Notes under the pieces: generated by a model
Told to the model about the DNA's origin: nothing
The model's input: only the letters and a program-made list of their open reading frames with translations
Databases searched by the model: none
Part shown: positions 1-11,775 of the stretch, piece after piece
How the letters are laid out: every line of letters begins with the position of its first letter
How positions within the stretch are numbered: position 1 is the first letter of the stretch
Source of the DNA: Gekko japonicus
Lineage: Eukaryota
Assembly (NCBI RefSeq): GCF_001447785.1
Contig: NW_015176494.1
Span: forward strand, 376,794-440,793
Length of the DNA stretch: 64,000 nt
Reading direction: 5' to 3'
Program-made: the position numbers and the translations under genes

Positions 1-445
1 CACCAGATGCTTCAACTGTACCGGCAGTCATGCACCCCAAAGACACATGAACCCACGCAGCTGCCTTACACGGAGCTAGAACATTCATCTAGCCATGTTA
101 GCCTTGTTGATTCTGAGTTGCCATGGCTCTCTAGGGTCTTCAGCATCACCCACTATTTGGTTCTTTGAACTGGAGATACTAGGAAATTGAGCCTGGGACC
201 TACTGCATGCAAAGCAGGTGCTCTGCCATTCAGCCACAGTCCCGCCTATCAAAGATCAATTAAGTTTCAAGTAAGGAATTTTCTATGCTGAAGGGTGGGA
301 TAGAATGTTTTTACAACACTGCTAATCTGTAAGAAGTTACCGCATGGACATGAGACGGAAGACAGTTCAAGAGGAGCATCTAAGTTAAGGCCACCTACAG
401 ATGCAGCAGGGTGGGTCAAGAATTGGATTCTCTGATTGCACCTAC

Positions 446-579
446 CTGACAAACATCTGCCGTCTTATAGAAAGTTTTCTTATCAATGGTTTTTAGGCTC
501 TCTATGATGCAAGGCAAGTCCACCAGCTTGGCAGCTAACGGGACACGGTCAACACGCACGATCCCATGGCGCCCATCTG
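446..579 (-). CDS. TAF7L: TAF7/TAF7L coding exon 3 (gene continues beyond window start)
   Basis: Reads (A)DGRHGIVRVDRVPLAAKLVDLPCIIESLKTIDKKTFYKTADVCQ, the TAFII55 N-terminal domain. tag acceptor and gtagg donor; phase matches the upstream exon. Confidence 0.93.
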
Positions 580-675
580 CTACAGGAAAGACAGGAAAAG
601 CAGTTGGGCCTTTGAAGTTACCCGCTCACAATGACATCTAGACCTGTTGGGTATTTATGAAAGCACAGCAATGGC

Positions 676-893
676 AAACTTACGCAAGTGCCACCAATTC
701 AGCCCTCTGTGTTCCCTTCCATCTCTGGCTAAGAAGGGGGAAGATATATTGTCTTCCTCATAGTTCCTTGCTATATTAGACTGTGTGTAGTATTTGTGGC
801 TTGTTTTAAACTTACGCAAGTGCCACCAATTCAGCCCTCTGTGTTCCCTTCCATCTCTGGCTAAGAAGGGGGAAGATATATTGTCTTCCTCAT
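676..893. repeat. Perfect 86-bp direct repeat (676-761, 808-893)
   Basis: Identical copies separated by 46 bp. Confidence 0.9.
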
Positions 894-1509
894 GTACAAC
901 TGCCAAACTCGAATGAGGGTTTGGGTTACTGCACTCAATACAGATGCTGAGTCTCAGCATGACCCGGTCTTTTGCAGATGGTTTCAGAGGGTGGTCGTGG
1001 TGGTCTGCAGTAGGTCGGTTAGATTCGAGTCTAGAAGCACCTTAGAGACCAACAAGAGCTTCAGGGTATGAAGCTTTCAAGCGTCAAAGCTTTCTCCGTC
1101 AGACTAAGGTCTCTAAAGTGCTACTGAACGGGTCTCTAACTATATTTGCAGCTGTTAATTAATTCCGTGGTACCTTTGTATGGTCTTTGTACTCCTCTGC
1201 TGAATCTGCTTAACCTGTCTCACTTGTGAATTTTTTACATTATTAGGTTTGCTTCTCATCCTACCCTCCCTACTGGCCAGCAGTGGGGAGTGATTCTTAA
1301 CACTGTGAATGGACCGATTCCTATTTCATTGGTTATTGTTTGATACTGACCTCTCCTTGTAACTTCTCCTAATTCTCCCCATTCCTTTCTGTTGCTTGAA
1401 CTTTAAGTGTAAATTTCACTGCTTTGGAGGGACACTCCTATGCATCTTATAAAGCGAGCTCTAGCCTCTGACTCATGTAAGTTTATAGTGGAAATCATTT
1501 TGTTAGCTC

Positions 1510-1790
1510 CAGGCGGGCAGCCGCGTTGGTCTGAAGCAGTAGAACAAAGTCTGAGTCCAATTTAAGACCAACTAAGTTTTATTCAAGGTATGAGCTTTCA
1601 TGTGCACACACACTTCCTCAGATACATTGAAATGGAAGTTAGCAGTCCATACATGTAGGCAGAGGGTAAACAACAAACTAGTATATAACGCAATGAAGAT
1701 GTTTTAACAGATGCAAAGACCAAACTGGAATAAGAAGCTAAGTTTATATGGTCAACATTTGTTTGAATTTAATTACGGGGGGGGGGGGCC
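1510..1790 (-). mobile_element. Penelope-like element terminal repeat fragment (related pieces ~985-1135, 2170-2305, 30720-30815, 41715-41865, 47240-47410, 47720-47795)
   Basis: Recurrent ctgaagaagtgag...ctcacgaaagctcata...ttagtctttaaggtgc...ctcttgctctt motif carrying a hammerhead core. Confidence 0.55.
1588..1625 (-). ncRNA. Minimal type I hammerhead ribozyme motif in Penelope-like element end
   Basis: gtat-CTGAGGA-a-gtgtg(tgtg)cacat-GAAA-gc-tc-atac: intact core, stem I gtat/atac, 5-bp stem II, loopless stem III. Confidence 0.55.
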
Positions 1791-2700
1791 CAAAGGNNNN
1801 NNNNNNNNNNNNNNNNNNNNNNNNNNNNNNNNNNNNNNNNNNNNNNNNNNNNNNNNNNNNNNNNNNNNNNNNNNNNNNNNNNNNNNNNNNNNNNNNNNNN
1901 NNNNNNNNNNNNNNNNNNNNNNNNNNNNNNNNNNNNNNNNNNNNNNNNNNNNNNNNNNCTCTCAGCCCCACCTACCTCACAGGGTGTCTGTTGTGGGGAG
2001 GGGAAGGGAAAGGAGTTTGTAAGCCGCTCTGAGACACCTTTGGGTAGTGAAGGAGAGGGTATAAATCCAATCTCTTCTCTTCTCCTCTAAATCAATATGT
2101 CAAAATAAGAGACTGGTGTGCAAATGCATCCTTCTTAACTGTGGAATGCAAAGAGTAATTGACAGAGACGCATTCAAGCTCATACCTTGAATAAAACCTT
2201 TGCTGATCGTAAAGGTGCCACTGGAATCTAGCTTTGTTAGCGTTTAAGATGCTACCAGACTCCTGTTCAATTGTGCTAACACAGATTAAAATAGCTACCC
2301 ATCCAGAATTACTATCATTATTATTATGGATAGTCCAGGCTACTCTGACCTTGTCAGATCTTGACAGCTACGCAGGGTTGATACTGGTGAGTACCTGGAT
2401 GGGAGGCCACCAAGGAAGACCGGGGTCGCTAAGCCGAGGCAGGCAATGGCAAAACCACTTCTATTTGTTTCCTGCCTTGAAAACCCTACAGGTTGCGTAA
2501 GTTGGATGTGACTTGACAGCACTTTAAGCACATTACTATATTATCTTTACAATATCATCTTCTGTCCTTTCCCCGGCTTAGAGCAGCAGTGAAGCAACCT
2601 GTAGAACAGTCATGGGCTCCCCGGAACGTGGGGCAAGGAGGCCCAGGGATGTCATCGTAAGCGTGGGCACTTGAGCGGCAGAATTTGGCAATGAGATATG

Positions 2701-3051
2701 AGGTAAAGGTAAAGGTCCCCTCGCTCGAAAGCCAGTCGAATCCGACTCTAGGGTTGCGGTGCTCATCTCCGTTTCAAAGCCGAAGAGCCAGCGCTGTCCG
2801 AAGACGTTTCCGTGGTCATGTGGCCGGCATGACTAAACACAAAGGCGCACGGAACGCTGTTACCTTCCCACCGAAGTGGTACCTATTTATCTACTTGCAA
2901 TTTCTTGCTTTCGAACTGCTAGGTTGGCAGGAGCTGGAACTAGAGACAGGAGCTCACTCCGTCATGCGGCACCCGGGTCTCGAACTGCTGAACTACTGAC
3001 CTTCCACAGCCTGCAGTTCAGCGTCTTAACCACTTGAGCCACCGCAGCTCC
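2701..3051 (-). mobile_element. Sauria SINE
   Basis: tRNA-like head and (ACCTTT)n tail on the minus strand; near-identical to four other copies in the window. Confidence 0.85.
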
Positions 3052-3110
3052 TAAGTCTTTAGAAGAGGTGGAGACAAATAGACAAAAGATCGAAATTCTC
3101 ATTCTCTTAC

Positions 3111-3189
3111 CATGCAACTCAATGGTGAGCCGGTCCTTCAGGGCAACACTTCCGGACTGGACTGCCCTCCGTACAGTAGAAGCATATTC
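3111..3189 (-). CDS. TAF7L: TAF7/TAF7L coding exon 2
   Basis: 79 nt, EYASTVRRAVQSGSVALKDRLTIELH+g; aag acceptor, gtaag donor. Confidence 0.93.
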
Positions 3190-3311
3190 CTTCGATGAAA
3201 GGGACCAAGTGTGTGGAAGAGGCAATGTTAGATCATGCTACCCCAGCTGAACTTCTTTGGCACCAGAGTAAAGCAGTGTTTTAAAAGGTATTTATTATAA
3301 GGATCCCTTAC

Positions 3312-3377
3312 CGGAGGCAGTCGGAGTATGCACTGGCTCTCCAATTCACAGGGCGCATCGTCCTTGTTTTTGCTCAT
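3312..3377 (-). CDS. TAF7L: TAF7/TAF7L coding exon 1 (ATG)
   Basis: 66 nt, MSKNKDDAPCELESQCILRLPP followed by gtaag donor. Matches the TAF7 N-terminus; position next to TIMM8A/BTK matches the TAF7L locus. Confidence 0.92.
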
Positions 3378-6300
3378 CTTTTGTTCTTTTGTCCAGAAAA
3401 CAAAAGGCAAAATGGCACATGGTTATGCACTGGTCTAACAATACAGACTCTGGTAGTCTCCTTGCCAGGAGTCGCAGAAGAGTGGCCCGCACACCAACAT
3501 ACTTTGCCCACAAACACCTTATTTGAGGGAACTAGAGGACTTGCTAAAGTCAGCCACAACTGCACATTCTAGACCCAAAGCTTCCTAAGAGGCACTTGAA
3601 GGAATCAGAAATAAAAGAGCAACAGAGAAAGCGGTCCCTGCATAAGCATTAGCTTCCTCCGCAATTTCTTGTGACTTTAAATATAAAACTTTCATGGTTT
3701 CAAGACTTTGCACTTCAAGGTTGTCCAGCTTTTGTAAAAACTATCCCCAGCTCTTTCAAATAAGGTATGATCAACAGCCTAGACGTTCGGGTGTGATCAC
3801 AGACTTTAGCATCACAAAGGTTATACCAACCATACAGTGTAACATCACAACTGGAAGCATAAGGAGAACGCAGCCATTGAGGCAGGTGATTGGAGCATGA
3901 GGTGTTGATCTGCTAAGCAAGAAAACGCAGGAGATAGGAGGCGCAGTCCTGAGCAGGTCTTCTCAAAAGTAAGTCTCATGTTGTTCCATGGGGCTTACTC
4001 CCAGGAACATGCTCTTAGGATTCAACCAGGATCTGCTGCCAAACTCCTAGCAGGCAAGCACCCTTTAACAAACAGTCCATCTTTTGATGGGCTTTATGGA
4101 AGATCGCAAGGGAACCTGAGAGCTTTGGTTTTGGTTGGTCTTAATAAATAAAAGGCATTACTGGTGCTGCGATGGCCATGAGCACTGATGGCTTTAAAAG
4201 GGACTTAGACTTATGGAGGAGTGGTCCATAAAAGGTAACCTCCACTTCCAGAGGCAGTAAACCTCTGAAACCCAGTGCTGGAAGGCACCAGCAGGGGAGG
4301 GCCTTGTCCCCCACGCCCTGTTTGTTGGCCCTCCAGGGCAAGTGTTTGGGCAATGTGCGAAGGGGAATGCTGGAGCAGATGGACTACCGATCTGATACAG
4401 CAGGGTTTTTGTTATGTTTTTCATCTAAGCAGTGTTACATCCTTCTAAATGCACTGAGTTCACCGTTTTTGTTACAGGGGTACCCTATTTGTGACATGCA
4501 GCAGATGCCGCTGTCTCAGATCACAGAACCTCAGCAAGTTTTGTGGTTCACCCACCCCAGCCCTGCCCCAAAAGCTTGCCGTTCTCCTTTGAATCACTTC
4601 AGAAAAGAAGCAATAGTTTTTGCATTTGAGACCAGCCTATTCTTTCTTCTAGAGAGAGCCACAGACCCAGCACCAGAGAAATGTAAAAGAAACAAATGCA
4701 TTACTTGTGGACGCCATCTCTCCTCTTCTTTGCTTCACACAAACGTTTATAAAAACTTGTACCATTCAAAAAAACTAAACATAAATGCAGAAAAAGATTC
4801 AGTTAAATAAAAGAAAAAAAAAAGGAAAGTGACTTCAGGTGAAATATTCTGTTACTCAAAGGAGATCAAACACACCGTTCCTCTATCTCGATGAACAATA
4901 CACCAGGTTTTATAATACACTCTCCTGGCATACCCCCCCGAAGAGCATTGCGCTCTGCAGATAAGAACTTAATGGTGGTCCCTGGCCCAAGAGATATCCG
5001 TCCTTGACCAGAGCCCTGGCTCCAACCTGGTGGAACTCTATGCCAAATAACATCCAGACCCTGCGGGACTTATTGCAGTTCCACGGGGCCTGTAAGGCAG
5101 AGATGTTCCACCAGGCATTTGGTTGAGGGCAGTGATGGTTTCCATCTGTCTGGCACTCCTGTTCCCTCCCCCTAATGGAGCAGCAGCACAGTCAGACACT
5201 TAGCATCATCTATCTAGGCCAATGGCTGTATTTTATTGTATTCAAACTGTGCATTTTTCCTATGAATGTTTTTATCACTGTACACTGCTGTTCTTTACAG
5301 GGGAGGGCTTCTAGAAATTTAATAAATAAATAAGGGTATTTCTTCCTCTCTATACACCCCCCCAACTTATCTCTCTATAAAAAAGATATTTGCTCAAGAA
5401 TCCTCAACTAATCAATGCGGCTCATCATCAATCTCAGCCTTTCAAAAACTTTCATAACATTCACTAAGCCTAACTGCTGGCAAAATAGGCAGGCAGTCCA
5501 GAAGTACTTTGAACTCTTTGAAGCACTAATTTAAATGCAAAATATTATTCCAGGGTCTTCACACATAGTATCTCCTTCTTCCACACAACCCATCTTGAAA
5601 GGGAGGTCAGTACTGCCTTCATCTTTTAAAGGATGAGGCGGAAAGCTGAGAGTGTCTCTTGCCTAACCAAGAACTTTTAGAATTCATTGCTCAGTCTCTG
5701 AGATACTACACTAACCAGTTATTTTCTTGCAGAGAATCTCTTACAAGAAAAGAACTCACATGGTAATTCTTACACAAGATGCCAATTAAGTCAGGGCTGA
5801 AATTTGAATCTGGGAGGAAACAAGCATCCTTTTTTAAACCTTCTGGAATGTGGCTGATACCAAGCACCCGACAACACCCAGGTGCCTTGATCAGCACTGA
5901 CAGAGATGCTGCGTTATATAAAATCAGCCGATCTAATCCCATATTGTCTACTCTGACTGCCAATGGCTCTCCAAGTTCAGAAGGTCTTTCCCAACCCTGC
6001 CGTCATCAATCTTTTGCTTTAAGCAGGACAAGCCAGGGTTCGAACACAGGACCTGCTGTAAGCAAAAGCATGCTGTGCTGCTGAATTCCTCCCAGTGAGG
6101 AATTCCTCCCTTAAACTGACCAGAATCCTCACTAGCAGATACAATGATGGTGGTTAGCACAGAAGGCTTTAGAAAAGATTCAGTGGCAACCTCCACACTC
6201 AGCAGCCACACATCTCTGAAACCCAGTGCTGGGAGGCAACATCAGGGTGCTGGTGGTGGAAATCACCCTTGAGTCACGGCCCATAGGGTTTTCAAAGCAA

Positions 6301-6547
6301 GAGACTGACAGAGGGGGTTAGTCATTGTCTGCCTCTGCCTAGCATACACCCTGGACATCCTTGGTGGTCTCCCACCCAACTAACTACTAACCAGGGCCAG
6401 GAATGACCCTACTTGGCGTCTGAGATCAGGCTGGCAACATCAGAGGCCTCTTTGTCCCACTTGTTGGCCACTACCTGAGACACAGGATGCTGGACTGGAT
6501 AGGCCACTGGTCTGATCCAGCAAGGCACCTCCAATGTTGCAGAAATG

Positions 6548-7019
6548 TAGGGTTGCCAAGTCCCTTCCTGGCCACCAGCAGGGGATGGGGTGGGGGTAGG
6601 GTTGCCAGATCCAGGTGGGGAAACTCCTGGAGATTTAGGGGTAGGGCCTGGGGAGGACGAGGATCTCAGTGGGGTGCAATGCCATAGACCCCACCAGTGT
6701 TCCCTCTAAACTGAGTTAGTGTGAGCTAGCTCACAGTTTCTTAGCCTCTGGCTCACACATTTTTGTCTGAGCTCAGGTGGGATGGGGCTCCAGAGCAAAC
6801 TAATGTATGCAGCAGCCAAATCGCTCACTCACAGCTTTAATGCCAGTTGCTCACAAAGTAGAGTTTCTGCTCACAGGACTCCACAGCTTAGAGGGAACAC
6901 TGGACCCCACCCTCCAAAGCACCCATCTTCTCCAGGGGAACTGATCTCTGTCACCACCCCTGGAGATGAGCTGTCATTCCGGGGGATTCCCAGGTCCCAC
7001 CTGGAAGCTGGCAACCCTA
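6548..7019. mobile_element. TAGGGTTGCCA-terminated hAT MITE family (also ~25437-25657, 59352-59555, 62668-62882, 63798-64000)
   Basis: tagggttgcca / tggcaacccta termini; the 62668 copy has ctgtgctc/ctgtgcac TSD. Confidence 0.75.
6695..6902. mobile_element. hAT MITE nested in another MITE
   Basis: TIRs cagtgttccctctaa / ttagagggaacactg; 8-bp TSD gaccccac. Confidence 0.9.
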
Positions 7020-7079
7020 GGCCGCTTCCACCCACATTTCTCGGGAGGTGTGTGTGTAGGGGGGGCTATGAAATGCAGG

Positions 7080-8560
7080 GGCGGGAGAGAAAAGGAGAAC
7101 AGAAACAGAGAAGGGGGGGGGCGTTACAGAAAACAGTTCCTGCATGGTTGGGAAAGGAGGAGGGGAAACTGGGGACCCTCTTTTCCCCGCCCTCTCCCAC
7201 CCGCAGTGGCCGGGGAAGAGGAAAAGAGGCGTGCCAGAGAGCGTCCGGGAAACCCGGCTTGCTAAATGACTACGTCGGGTGGCCGCCCCAGGCGGAGACA
7301 TTCCTTCCTGGGGGTCATGTGGGGGGAACAGACTGGGCAGGGCGCTCTGCCTGCAGGGGGTGTGATGGCATGGCCCAGGGTCCACCTTATGGCGCTGCCA
7401 CGTTCTCCAGGGGAGCTGATCTCTGTCCTCTGGACATTAGTTGTTGTGATTCCGGGAGATCTCCAGGTTCCGGTGGGAGCTTGGCAACCCTACGACTCGG
7501 GACTAGTACTAAAGTCTTGTTGGTTCTATAACTTGGAAGGCGGCACTGATTTCCTTCTAGCCATGTTTACTTAAAAGAAGTCCCGATGATTTACATGGTG
7601 GGGCNNNNNNNNNNNNNNNNNNNNNNNNNNNNNNNNNNNNNNNNNNNNNNNNNNNNNNNNNNNNNNNNNNNNNNNNNNNNNNNNNNNNNNNNNNNNNNNN
7701 NNNNNNNNNNNNNNNNNNNNNNNNNNNNNNNNNNNNNNNNNNNNNNNNNNNNNNNNNNNNNNNNNNNNNNNNNNNNNNNNNNNNNNNNNNNNNNNNNNNN
7801 NNNNNNNNNNNNNNNNNNNNNNNNNNNNNNNNNNNNNNNNNNNNNNNNNNNNNNNNNNNNNNNNNNNNNNNNNNNNNNNNNNNNNNNNNNNNNNNNNNNN
7901 NNNNNNNNNNNNNNNNNNNNNNNNNNNNNNNNNNNNNNNNNNNNNNNNNNNNNNNNNNNNNNNNNNNNNNNNNNNNNNNNNNNNNNNNNNNNNNNNNNNN
8001 NNNNNNNNNNNNNNNNNNNNNNNNNNNNNNNNNNNNNNNNNNNNNNNNNNNNNNNNNNNNNNNNNNNNNNNNNNNNNNNNNNNNNNNNNNNNNNNNNNNN
8101 NNNNNNNNNNNNNNNNNNNNNNNNNNNNNNNNNNNNNNNNNNNNNNNNNNNNNNNNNNNNNNNNNNNNNNNNNNNNNNNNNNNNNNNNNNNNNNNNNNNN
8201 NNNNNNNNNNNNNNNNNNNNNNNNNNNNNNNNNNNNNNNNNNNNNNNNNNNNNNNNNNNNNNNNNNNNNNNNNNNNNNNNNNNNNNNNNNNNNNNNNNNN
8301 NNNNNNNNNNNNNNNNNNNNNNNNNNNNNNNNNNNNNNNNNNNNNNNNNNNNNNNNNNNNNNNNNNNNNNNNNNNNNNNNNNNNNNNNNNNNNNNNNNNN
8401 NNNNNNNNNNNNNNNNNNNNNNNNNNNNNNNNNNNNNNNNNNNNNNNNNNNNNNNNNNNNNNNNNNNNNNNNNNNNNNNNCGTTCTGGCAGCTTTAATTC
8501 CGGCGGCGCAAATAGCCCCGCCCCCCCCCCCCCGCGTTATCCGGCCCGTGTGACTGGGGC
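7080..8560. promoter_or_regulatory. Probable CpG-rich divergent promoter region for TAF7L and the NIPA2-like gene (core in N gap 7605-8480)
   Basis: CpG-rich flanks on both sides of the gap, GC boxes (gccccgcccc ~8516), located between the 5' ends of two head-to-head genes. Confidence 0.5.
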
Positions 8561-9564
8561 CTTTATTTATTTATGTATTAGATTTTTTTAGTCGCCACTC
8601 ATCCGAAGGGTCTCGTGGCAACTTACAGCATTAAAACCACTACCGTAAAAACAATATAAAAGAAATAACAAATATAAAATATGAACATTAAAATATTTAA
8701 AAGCATGGCTATCACCATACCACTATTAAAACAGCCCAAACATGTGGTTACCGTTCAAAATCCAACCTAAATAATTCAGCTTTGCATGCCCTGCAGAAAC
8801 TTTGAACTGGATCTGAAGAATAATTTCCAGACATTACAACAATAAGCCGTACCCATCCTTTCACTCTGAATTAATTAAACCACCACAATAATCCCTATGT
8901 CAAGGTACTCCTGTACATAAATTACAGTGAACACATATACGATCCATGTATGCATGGGGTTTTTTTGTATGTCTGTTGAGCATTTTCTTTATTACGTTCT
9001 ACACTTGTAGGGCTGCATGTGTGATTTAAGCGCATACGTTTATCCAGGGCAGTGATTTTAAAAGTGAATGTAGCATTGGCTCTTTTTTAGGTGCTGTGTG
9101 ATGTACAGCATTCACTGGAGCGTAGGCTAGTCTCTTTGGAGATTAGAATCAGCCACAACAGACACTGAAAAAGGGTGGATGGGGAACCTTGACTCATTTA
9201 ACAGTGAATGAGATTACATTAGAAGTAACTCATCCATGTGACGTGATGCTCAAAACATTGCACTATGGGATGTGGAGGATGGGACAAATATCTCCTCCCT
9301 GTAGAAGAGTAGTCAAGGAACGCTTGCCCTCTGACATGGGACCACTTCATAGAAAAGTCCCTTCTGCCTTGGGAATCCCACCAGTGTGACAGGTGAGTGG
9401 GACCAACTTCCTGATAAAAGTGTGTAGGAGGACACAAGTGTGTGAGTGCTCAGAGGGGGTTTAGGGGCAGCCTGCAAATGTTATCACACCACGCCTTCTT
9501 GCTACTCTAATTTAGAACAACGATCTTAAATCTGATCTCTCTCTTGAAACTTCAGGTATCTGGG

Positions 9565-9703
9565 ATGGAGGACTTATCAGGGCATTATGACTTCTACATC
9601 GGGCTGGGCCTGGCCCTCGGCTCCAGCCTGTTCATTGGAGGGAGTTTCATCCTAAAGAAGAAGGGGCTTCTCAGGCTGAGTGGCAGGGGCTCTGTCCGAG
9701 CAG
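9565..9703 (+). CDS. NIPA2-like first coding exon
   Basis: 139 nt, [46 protein letters not shown]+g; gtaat donor. Confidence 0.9.
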
Positions 9704-9769
9704 GTAATGACAAAATTTATTACTGAAGCTGACAGATTCCGGAGGTTGGGGGGTGGGTGGGATCCCAAG

Positions 9770-10122
9770 TACCTTGTGGCTAATAGCCACTGATGGACCT
9801 CTGCTCCATATGCTTATCTAATTCCCTCTTGAAGCCGTCAATGCTTGTAGCCACCACCCCCTCCTGTGCCAGTGAATTCCATGTGTTAATCACTCTTTGG
9901 GTGAAGAAGTACTTCCTTTTATCTGTTCTAACCCGACTGCTCAGCAATTTCATGGAGTGCCCACGAGTTCTTGTATTGTGAGAAAGGGAGAAAAGTATAT
10001 CTTTCTCAACCTTCTCGATCCCATGCATAGTCTTATAAACCTCAATCATGTCACCCCTCAGTCGTCGTTTCTCCAAGCTAAAGAGCCCCCAGCGCTTTAA
10101 CCTGTCTTCATAGGGAAAGTGT
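9770..10122 (-). mobile_element. CR1 LINE fragment (ORF2 C-terminus), lacking its 3' end
   Basis: LEKRRLRGDMIEVYK...TRGHSMKL...FFTQRVINTWNSL. Confidence 0.9.
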
Positions 10123-10250
10123 TAGTGTTAGTAAGCATAACACGATCAGACACTTCTTGTCCTCTAGCTGAAAGAACTTCTTTGTGCTTTCGGCTTCCCA
10201 AAGCAAGCCAGCTTCCGGCCTTCCTTAAACCACTGCATATTTCATTACAG

Positions 10251-10411
10251 TGCAGTTTTAGCTGCCTACTTCCTGAATGAGCGGCTAAACGTCCATGGCA
10301 AGATCGGCTGTATTCTCAGTATTTTGGGCTCTACCGTCATGGTGATCCATGCCCCGCAGGAGGAAGAGGTCTCCAGTCTGGAGTCAATGGCAGAGAAACT
10401 GAAAGATCCAG
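10251..10411 (+). CDS. NIPA2-like internal exon
   Basis: 161 nt, (S)[53 protein letters not shown]; cag acceptor, gtacc donor. Confidence 0.9.
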
Positions 10412-10885
10412 GTACCAAAACACATATATGAACTCGTTATTTGAACGAGGAAAATAGTTTGTTGGGGAAGAACGGTACAGCAGTCAAATGTCATTCCCTG
10501 ATTCCACTCAAGAGAAAGTTTCTTGTTCATCCAGAACTGGTAACCTGCAAGTGGAGAATTCTTTGGAGCACATTTTGTTTCTCCCCTTACCCACTGTCCC
10601 CCATTGATGACATTTATTTGAGTTCTTGTAGCACAGCAATTAAGTAAGAGAGGATCCCAAAGCACACTGCATGGTGAAAAATTACTGGCAGTGATAGCTG
10701 AAGGAAGAAAGTACGAATTTTGATCAGAGGGTTGGGTCCCATAGAAAATATTATTTTGCAGGGGGGGAGATTTTCACTGTTTTTCCCACTGCAGACCTAC
10801 AGCTCCTTGAACCTGCAAACTTGAAAGTTTTTAAGCACAGGCTAGATGGCCATCAGACAGCAATGCTGACTCTATGACTTACTAT

Positions 10886-11775
10886 TAGTGATGGGCACAA
10901 ACCTTGCCACAAACCTAATTTCGTCATGGACATGGCTGGTTCATGAGGCCTTGGTTCATGAGATCGCACCACCATATTTTTCACAGAGGTTGGTTAGGTT
11001 TGTGGCAGCAGTTTGTGAGCCAGACACGCAGGCGCCAATCAATTAATTGTCAAAGCAATGGGGGGGGGGTGGACTTGGCATCACCAGCTGCTCGTGCTGT
11101 ACTTGCCCATTGACTTGGTTTTCCAATTTGCCACCTCCCTCCCATGCCAGACCTCCCCCCCCCTTTTTGAACTTTGGACCCTAAGATCCTTGACTTCTGC
11201 TCCTCCGGGCACCAGCTGCCCTTGCTGTATCTGCTCATCAAGTTGGTTTTCCAACTTGCCATCCCTCCCCCCTGCTCTTGTAGAGCAGCATCCTGAGGAA
11301 GTCCACTGTGAGTTTGATGCCTCTAGCTTACAGGGGGTCTGTTCTGTTCGAATCAACACACTCCTGAACCTGTGGCTGGTGTGATTTCCCCAGAGAGCAC
11401 TTTTCTGGAGATACCTGCTTTGGTGTCCAATCCTCACCAAACTTGGAGGGCAGGTAGAGGAGAGTAAGCTGGAGACTTGCTGTGAATTTGCTGTCTCTAG
11501 CCCATGGGTGGGCCTGAACCTGTGGCTGGTGTGATTTCCCCAGAGAGCACTTTTCTGGAGATACCTGCTTTGGTGTCCAATCCTCACCAAACTTGGAGGG
11601 CAGGTAGAGGAGAGTAAGCTGGAGACTTGCTGTGAATTTGCTGTCTCTAGCCCATGGGTGGGCACTCTGTGGCATCATAAACCTAATGAAATGAACCGGC
11701 TCTGTAAACAGGAAGGTTCATGAAGGTTCGAGATTCGAGTGAGACCCCACGAACTGGGATGAACCTCCATCCCTA
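10886..11775. mobile_element. hAT non-autonomous element
   Basis: tagtgatgg / ccatcccta termini; perfect 8-bp TSD cttactat. Confidence 0.8.
11363..11663. repeat. Perfect 150-bp tandem duplication
   Basis: Units start at 11363 and 11513. Confidence 0.9.

Noticed and set aside
2685-2999. Recurrent LESQSNPTLGLRCSS ORF family
   Set aside because: Antisense translation of Sauria SINE copies.
6782-7531. 249-aa ORF
   Set aside because: Runs through two MITEs and GC-rich promoter sequence; no recognisable domain.
7586-8497. Long ORFs spanning N runs (also ~1800, 17400, 26200, 38140, 46300)
   Set aside because: Artefacts of assembly gaps.
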